Below, one piece after another: positions 55,901 to 64,000 of a DNA stretch of 64,000 bases (position 1 is the first letter of the stretch; each line of letters begins with the position of its first letter). A program made the translations under genes and the position numbers. The stretch is from an uncultured Planctomycetaceae bacterium. GTDB lineage: Bacteria > Planctomycetota > Planctomycetia > Planctomycetales > Planctomycetaceae. The notes beneath the pieces are model-generated. The model worked only from the letters and a program-made list of their open reading frames with translations. It had not been told where the DNA came from and searched no databases. The stretch spans positions 64,001 to 128,000 of the forward strand of contig CAWFGE010000007.1 of assembly GCA_963815195.1 (NCBI GenBank). Reading direction: 5' to 3'.

Positions 55901-58900
55901 TGGGGATGTTCGTGCCGCCGACGTTTCCGTTGGAGGTGACCACCCGGTTCAGGACGCCCGCTTGCTGGGTGGTCACGGCGACATTGATAAAGCCGCCCCC
56001 GGGGGTGCCAAAGCCCGGCCCGTGCAACGTGAGCCGGTTGATGTCGAAGCCTTGGGGCGAAGGGGGGATCGTCGTGGCGTCTAACGGATTGACCGCCCTG
56101 GCGATCTTGTCCCCCAAGGTCGCGGTGTCGTAGAATTCTTCAACAGGAATCGCTGTTCCCGACGTCACGCCCGATAGCCCTTGCGTGGTAAGTCCGGTCG
56201 TGCCATTCGCGAGGTTGAGCGAAACGGTGCCCGCGCCGCCGTTGTCGCCGACACCCACCAGCGAAACGCGATATTGGCCTCCATTGTTCACGACCTGAGC
56301 CGTGATTCCCACGCCGTTGATCGCGGCGGCGATTTTGTTGGCGATCTGTGCGGGGTTATCTCCCGGGTTAAATGTGAGGGTGGGGGAACCAAACGTGAAC
56401 GAAAACGTCGACCCGAGGGCGTCATCGGTTACGTCGATCGAATCGCCGGGCTTCAAATTGGTGCCGTTGATGCCACTCGCCACGACGATCACCGGTCCGG
56501 TGTCGAACTCGAAGCGCGTGGTGCCGTCGAACACCAGGGAATCCTGGTCGCGGATAAACCGCTGCATGGTGATGTCCGAATTCACGATCACTTCGGGGCC
56601 GGTGTCCATCTCGAACGTGGTGAAGGTTCCGCTGTTGACTGGGTTTTCCACCCGGATCGTTTGGCCGTCCTTCACGACGGATTGCGACAGCGTGGGATCC
56701 AATAGATCGGGAATCGTGGGGTCGGGAACGGTGATCGCCTTGTTCCCGCCGACGTCGATGTCCGTGCGGAGAATGCCCCGCTCGACCGCGTCGGTATAAG
56801 GCGGCTGGGCGTTGGGGGTGGTGTAATTGGACCCGCGGGGATTCCCGAACCGGCCGCCGGTGTCGGTCAGGTAATACAGAATATTGTCGTTCAGATAGTT
56901 CCCGACCGCGAAGATTCCCAAGGGCCCGTTGGTATCGGCCGTCAAACCGGACGCCCCGTTGTTGAAGGTCATGGCTTCGTAAATCACGCCGACGCCCGCC
57001 CCGTTGTTGGGTTTGCCGCCGCCGGGAATGAAGGTGTTCACGTCGTCGTCGGCGAGCCGGGTGATGGTGCCCGTGCCCCAATCGACGCTCACGAGGTTCC
57101 CGATGTTGGCGTCGGTGGCAACGGTGGCCGGGCTGTCTTCTTCGGTGGTCAAACCGAAGATCTGCCCGTTCCCGCCCCGGCGATTGATGTCGATGTCATG
57201 GACGTCCTCGCCGAATGTGCTGCTGGAGATTCGCTCGCCGGTGAAGGGATCCACCATATACACGCGGGTGATGTTGGTGCCGGCGTCGACGGCGACGTAC
57301 AGCCCGGTGTCGCCCAGGTTCCAGGGCACGATGGAACTGTCGGGCTTCAGGAAGGTGGGATTGATGACGGTGTCGGGGTTCTGAGACAGGTCGTAGTTGC
57401 CCAAGGGGTCGGCTCCCGTGCCGGTGCCCAGGTTGACCAACTGCGTCAGGGTCGAAGGATCCTGAAGCGTATCGCCCCCCTGGTTGGTGCCCGGGACATC
57501 CCTGGCGCCGATGTGGTCTTCGGCGATCCGCGAGATGGAATCGATCGGTTCCAAGCGGATCAGGCTGTTGGCGCTGCTGATGTTCAAGAACTGGTCGAGA
57601 GCCAAGGGGACCTGGTTCGACGACGTGACGGCGACGATGTAATCGCCTTCCTCCAATTCCACCGTGCCGATAAACGGATCGAGCGCCCCCACCGTCCCGC
57701 GAGATTGATCGGACAGGCCGTTGTTCTGATCCTGGGAGGGCGCGGGGCGGTCGTCGGCGATGTTCGAGTCCGTCGAGGAGAGCACCAGTTGCCCCGTCGC
57801 GGCGTTAAACACATAGATCGCGGTATTGGCCCGGCCCAACTGGTCGGCATAGTCGATGTCGAAGGTGACCGGGAACTTCTCGGTGCGGTTGTTGAAACCG
57901 GGGATTTGTTGGATGTCGGTGTAGTTCACGGTGAAGCGATAGAAGTCGACATCGCCGGAGGAAGACAGGTTGCCCGCCACGCCGAAGCCGTTCATGTCGC
58001 TGGCGAGCACGTTGCCCAGGTAGTCCGCGTTGCCGGAGGTGTCGTTGTTGCCGGCGCCTTCCGCCGCCTCGCCGACGAGCGGGGAGCGGCCGGGCAGGTT
58101 GTTGACCTGGATGCCGGTGTCGGCATAGCGGATGTCGGAGTAGGTCACGACGGATCCGGGTTTTTCATCCACCTGCCGGAGCCGGATTTGGAGTTGGTAT
58201 TCGCCGCTGGACAGGCCGTTTTTGCTCCGCACGCGGATGAAGTAGGTGTTGTTTTGGCCGGCGAAATCGCCGGGCAGGATCACCCGCATGCCGGCATCTT
58301 TGGGATTCATCGTGTAGAAGTCGCCGCCCAGCCGCTCGTCCTTGATCATGGGCATCGCGATGCCGCCGAACAAGTCCGGGTTCTCTTGCTCGGTCTGGGA
58401 ATTGTCCGAGGACGCCACGACGGTCCCGTCGCTTTGGATCAGCTCCAAAACGGTGTCCAGGGAGCCGGCGGTGCGATCGATGTCGAACCAGACTTCCGTC
58501 CCGGCGTCGGCTTTGAAGCTGTACACGTCCTGATCTTGAGAATTGTCGGTGTTGATGAAGCCGTGAACTTCGTAGCCCGCGCGGCGGTTGTCGTCGGCCG
58601 CGGCTTGCGACGGAGCCAAGGGACCGAGAAACTCGGCATCATCGGGAATGGCGTTGGCGTCGCTGTCGGCGCGCGTGGCGCGTTCTTTTTCGTTGATGAC
58701 GGCCACGTTGCGGTCGTTGCTGGATTGGTCGAGCACGACGCCCCGCCAGTCGCCGGGCGACCCTCCGAGCGTGCCGGAGGGCGTGGCGAGTTCCAGATAT
58801 GTCGTAATCGTCGCCGAGTTCGCGTTGGGATTGACCGACCAGGCCATCGCGCTGGTTACGTCGTTCGGACCGTACACCGTGCCCAGGTTCGGATTCGAGC

Positions 58901-61900
58901 CTTGCGGCAGATCGGTCAAGTCGATGTTGCCGTTGAGGGTATAGGTCGTCCCGCCCCCGATAATGGCATTTTGCAAATCCGCCCATTTGTCGGCGGCAAA
59001 TCCGTCATAGGTCGCGTTCGCCAGACCTTGGCCGCTGAGAAATTCTCCATACTGCGAGAAGCCGACTTGCTCGGCCGAGTCGCGGGTGAACAAGCGGAAG
59101 TCCGCCGTACCCGGGGTTCCGGTCGGCTGAAGGAGGTCGTCCGAAAGCCCGAGCACGTCCTGGTCGAGGTAGTTGATGAACCGCAAGTTCCCCAGGGCGG
59201 CCGCGCTGTTGAAGTTGATGACGTTTTTGAGAAGTCCCGTGCCGTTGTCGATGCTCTGGGTCACGGTCCAACTGACCGTCCCGTTCGCGCCGGCGAAGCT
59301 GCCGGAGCTTTGCACCTGGTCGGGACCGATCAGAGCCGCCGGCTGGTTGATGGTGGTGGAGGCGAGGTTGACCGCCTGCCCGTTGGAGCCGGTGTCCACA
59401 TAGTTGATGAAGTCGAACAAGAAGTTCGAGTTCACCAGCGAGTTGACGCCTTGGACGATGGCATCGGCCTGCCCCGAATTGCCCCCGGTGCCGGCGTTAA
59501 AATCGAAGTGGCCTTCGGTCCCGGCAATCACGTCGTTGTCGATCAACGTTCCGTTGTTGACTTCGCCGCCGAGCACGACGCCGTTTTTCGCGCCGCCTCC
59601 GGTCGTGACCAGCAAGGGAACGCCGTCGGGAGTGAATCCCGCGCCCACGGTGTTGTCGGTGATCGAAGTGAGCACTACGGGCCGGCCCGGAGTGCCGACG
59701 ATCTGAAGCGTCCCGCCGATGCGGTCCTGGATGTCGATGCCCTCGACCGGCTGCCCGGTGACGGGATCGATGGCCCCGGCGGCCCGAAAGCCAGCGGTCG
59801 CGCCGCTGAGTTTGACCACCAGGCTTTCGCCCGTGCTGCTTTGGAGCCGCAGGCCGCCGTAGGTGTGCAGATCGGTTGTGATGATTTCGTCGCGGACCAC
59901 ATGCACGATGTCCACGTCGTCCCAAACGCTTTCCGTTGTCAGGATTCCGCCGCGAACTTCCATGCCGTTCGTGGTGTTGTTCTCCATGCGGTTGTTCCGC
60001 ACCAAGGGGCCCACGTTGTTGGCGTACTGGGTCGTGACGTCTTTTTCTTCGCTGCCGAAGAACGGCCGCGAGAACAGCGGCAGATAATTCGGATCGTCGG
60101 GGTTCTGGCTCTTGTCCGCGGTGGCCCGGCCGAGATCCGGGTTGACCTCGGAATTGAGCGCGTTGGCATCCACGCTGATGACGTTGCCGTTGTTGTCCTG
60201 GAAAATGTTGGTGACGATCGTCGGCTGCGCGCCGCGAATGAAGACGGTCGCTTCGTGGTTCGCTCCAAGGCCGTTGCGGTTGGGATCGGTGGTCAGGTTG
60301 CTGTTGACGCCCGATTCGTTGAATTCAAACTGGCTGTTGGAAATCCGCACGTCGGCCTGGTAGATTTCCACGGGATTGAAGGTGGCTGTGCCCCCTTCGA
60401 TCGGCGTTTCGCCGCCGGCGTACCGAACCTTCACGTAATCCAGGTTTCCGCTGGAATCGGGACCGAACACGAGGCCCCCCCAGTCTCCCGCTTCGGGCTG
60501 CTGACCGAGCACCAAAGGCGGCGGCTCGTCGCCGGCGGTTTCCGCCGTGGCGACCGCTTCCGCGGCGTTGATGAAGCCATAGCCGGAATTGTCATCCACG
60601 CCCGGCACGTCCATGTCGACGGCGGTGTCCTGCATGATGGTGTAGATCGTATCGGGCGACAATGTCCCCGGCCCGCCGGCGGCGTTCAACATCAACGCGG
60701 CGACGGCGGCGGCGTGTGGCGCGGCCGCGGAGGTCCCGAAGAAGTTGGGGAACCCGTCCCCTTCCACGTCGGTCAGAGACACGGGCTGCGGGAAGAACGT
60801 GGTGTTGGTGCCGTCCGGACCCACGATGTCCGGAGTCTGCCGCACGCTGGGCGCTGCCAAAAGCGTGCCGTCCGTGTCGAACAGAATGTCGATTCCGCCC
60901 GCGGAAGAGAAAGGCTCGAGCATCGGCGGGCTCGTACCGAACTCGGGAGTCTGGAGGTAGAAGGCGGCCCCGACCGCTTCGGCGCCTTGGGCATTCGCAT
61001 GCCCGTAGCTCGTGGGGCTGTTGGTGGTATATTCATCGGCCGTGACGAGGCCGTTGTCGAATTCGACGTACTTCATCAACCCCGGCGCCATGCCGGAAAA
61101 CAGTTCGATGCCGACGCTGATCGTCGTGGCCGTCGCGGTCAAGTTCGTGAACCCGGCGATTTCCAAGGCGTCGCCGCCGACATTGCTATTGAACGACGAG
61201 TTGAACGGGAGCAGGTTTCCCGCGCTGTCGTAGATCAGGAAATCCAGGTCGTTCGCGGAGCCGGCTCCGCCCAGCGAACCGAACGGCTGATCCCACTGCA
61301 GAACGAAAATCGCGCTGCCACCGGGCTGAATCGTGTATTGCTGCATCGTATCCACGGCGGCCGTCGGATCGAAGTCGTGCAACTCGCCCCCGCTCGGGCC
61401 CGCCGTGCCGGAATCGACGAAGGTGCTTTCATAAGATTGCCGGTCGTCGTTGCCGGCCGCGGAGAAGTACGACTTCCCGTTGGCGACCGCATCATCGACC
61501 GCTTGCGCGATCAGGCCGTCCTGGAACATCGGCTCGGCGAAATAGATCACGTCATCGACGATGACATCCGACCCCGCCGCATCCAGAGCGCGAATGTTGT
61601 TGGCAAACGCGGCTTCGCTGGGATTCGCGGTCGCAAACTGCAGGTTGGCCCCCGGTGCCACATCGTGCACCAACTGGAGCATGGCCCGGCCTTCGTCCGT
61701 GCCGTTCGGGCTGTCCTGCAGGACGTTGATCGGAGTCGTCCGTCCCTGGGTGTTGCTCGGGCCCGGGAGGTCGTTCGTGGTCTGATCCGTCAAATAGCTG
61801 CCCACGCCGCTGGTGTCGAAGCTGTCGGAGATCACGCCCACGGTCACGCCCGAACCGTCCACGCCGAACGTGTTGCGGGCGTCGTCGGAATTCATCGCGA

Positions 61901-64000
61901 TGTCGCCCTGGCTCGTGGTGGCCCCCACGTTCGTCTTGGAGACATAAACCGGGCGAATGACGGTGGCCTGTTGCACATTGACCAGTTCATCGAGCTGCGC
62001 AATCGGAGCGAGCACGGTCACGAAGGGTGCCGCCTGGGCCACGATCGTAAAGCCCAGCCGTTTGATCGCCTCGGCCAGATCAAAGACCGAGTGCGTTCCC
62101 GCGGACAAATCGACCAGCGCATTGGTTCCGGACGTTTGGATTACGCCCTGATTGGAATGGAACTCGCCCACGGACCCGCCGGCGACATAGGCCTGGTATT
62201 CCTGGTACAAGATGTTCAAGTTCCAGCCCAGTTTCGCCAGCGGGCCGTCTTTGCCGACGCCGTCGGGGCCATTGAAGGATTCGATGGCCGCGTCGATCAC
62301 ATCCTGTGGCACGTCTCCGGATTCCCCGCCCCCGTTCGTCCCAAACGCCTGGGTCGACGCGCCGCCGGGAATGCTGTTCGTCGTGCCCCCGCCGCCGATC
62401 GAGTTGGTCAGGTTCGATTGGCCCGCAGGCGGCTGGGAATCGTTGTTCGTATCGAACGTGCCGCCGGCACCGTAGGAGTCGTCCTTGAGCGACGTGAAGA
62501 TGATGGGATCGGTCGGCGTGCCTTCCGCGATGAGGTTGGAACTTCCCAACTCGGTTTCAATGCGGGAGTGGCTGAGCTTGACGATCACGCCGGGATCGAT
62601 CCGCAAACGCCCGGAAGGCCGGCTCGCGATGATGTCGTCGCCGGTCAAGTCCGGGTCGATGTTCTGATTGATCACCAATCCGCCGGCACCGCCGACGATT
62701 TCCAGGATTTCCGGGATGGCGTACACGATGTCCGTCGAGGTGAACCGCGCGGGCACGCTCAATTTTTCGATAGGCACGCCGTCCTGCAATTCGATGCGGA
62801 CCTTCACGCCGTTGATACTGTTGTCGGCGAGAAAATTGCCGTGGATGCTCGGCCCCAACCGATCGCGGTCGTGATCGTAGCGGCGCGGATCTTCAAACGT
62901 GTCGTTGAAGCTGTTGGGACTCGCCGAGATGGCGGCATTGGCGCTATGCACAATCGTGTTGAAGCTGATTGTCGGCCGGGAATCGACGAGATGGATGGCG
63001 TCGAAGTCCTGTTGGGACGAATTGACGACCACTGGGCCGCCGCTGTAAAGGATCGTCGCATGATTGACGATGTCCAGAAAGATGGGCACCGCGGAGGCGA
63101 TATTGACGCTGACCGTCAGTTTTTCCGTAAACAGCAAATTGTCCATCTGGTCGGAAGGCCGGGCCGTGATGGTGATCTTGCCGTTGCCGCTGGCGGCCAA
63201 GGCCTGCGCCAATTCTTCGCGAGACAATTTGATCGTGGCCTGGACGGGGACCGGAACGTCGCCTACGCCGAACGTATCGGAATTCGCCCCATCGGTGACA
63301 AACAGGTCGTAGTCTCCGGGCAAGCCGCTGATGTTGACGCGAATGAATTCATTCGCGGCCGCGAGATTGGCCACGGCGGTGAACGTAAACGTGGCTTCGT
63401 TGGCATCGACGGGGAACCCGGTGAATGTGAATGTCCGGGGCGCTCCGAAGTTGCCGTTTCGCGGTTGGGCGTCGAAAAAGTTGGTTTGGGTTTGCGAACT
63501 GGTGTACTCAAAGTCGTAGTCCGAGTCGGCGCGATAGACGATGCCGCCCCAATCGCCGCCGCTGGGCCCCGGATGCACGCCGTCGGTGTCGCGGCCGATG
63601 GTGTCGTCGTGCCAGCTCGTGAAGACGACGTCGTTGAAGGTCGTTCCCAAGATCTGAAGGGCCCCGCCACTGCGATCGATCCCTTGAGACGATGTGCCGA
63701 CGTCAAGGTTCACGTCCTGCAATTTCAAGACGGCACCGCCGTCGATGACGACGGTGACATCTTTGGGGACATTGAGCGTCTTGCCGTCTTCCAGCGGGAA
63801 ATTGCTGTCGTTGACGCCGATCTGGTAGGCTTGGTTGTCGCCCAAGGTTGCCAACTGGCCGTCGAGTCCGCTGTTTCCGACGATCCGCACGATGACGGGA
63901 ACATTGTCGCCCGCGACCGCGTTCGGGGATGTGCCGTCCCGGCGGGCCTTGGCTTCGGTCAACGCCTGGTCGATTTCGGTGTAGGGATTGTTGATCGAAC
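43964..64000 (-). CDS. Giant (>6,600 aa) surface/secreted multidomain protein; 5' end outside window; frameshift near 45646
   Basis: The frame is open to the window edge. S8/S53-like protease (GVISDSFD, DEGRAM, FGTSAAAPH), seven PPC-like repeats, Calx-beta domains, FG-GAP repeats (GGVRVATGDVNGD) and a C-terminal HELGHKLGLDD. ORFs 45183-63962 and 43964-45592 join by a 1-nt shift. Confidence 0.92.

Noticed and set aside
47064..56084. Long plus-strand ORFs (861, 598 and 1337 aa)
   Set aside because: They are antisense shadows of the GC-rich giant gene, with no recognisable motifs.

Overview
GC-rich bacterial DNA, most likely from a planctomycete (inferred from the sulfatase/porin cluster, REP-like palindromes and giant surface protein). 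The window has four parts. (1) 1-17.6 kb is a decayed accessory patchwork: two arylsulfatases, two porins, fragments of IS5, IS66, ISAzo13 and IS3, a candidate MITE, an iteron-type plasmid origin with a truncated parA, and an IS21 whose istB is split exactly at its Walker A motif by a 2.47 kb serine-recombinase element. (2) 18-25.2 kb is ordinary chromosome: a repeat-containing exported protein, trpF, manC, ruvX and an esterase-gluconolactonase fusion. (3) 25.8-42.0 kb is a ~16 kb island integrated in tRNA-Thr(CGT). It carries an integrase, AlpA-like proteins, a DnaB-N/DUF3987 gene, a lambda-like cos signature, and defence-type cargo: a GIY-YIG protein, a type I R-M system, a Fic gene followed by a 70-bp palindromic tandem array, and a DUF3800 gene with a convergent promoter-driven small RNA. 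(4) 42.6-64 kb holds an enolase-superfamily gene and a >6,600 aa surface protein, truncated at the window edge, with nested S8-like protease, PPC-like, Calx-beta, FG-GAP and metzincin-like modules. Many genes have single-base frameshifts that may be assembly indels. All family assignments come from motif recognition by eye, not from database searches.
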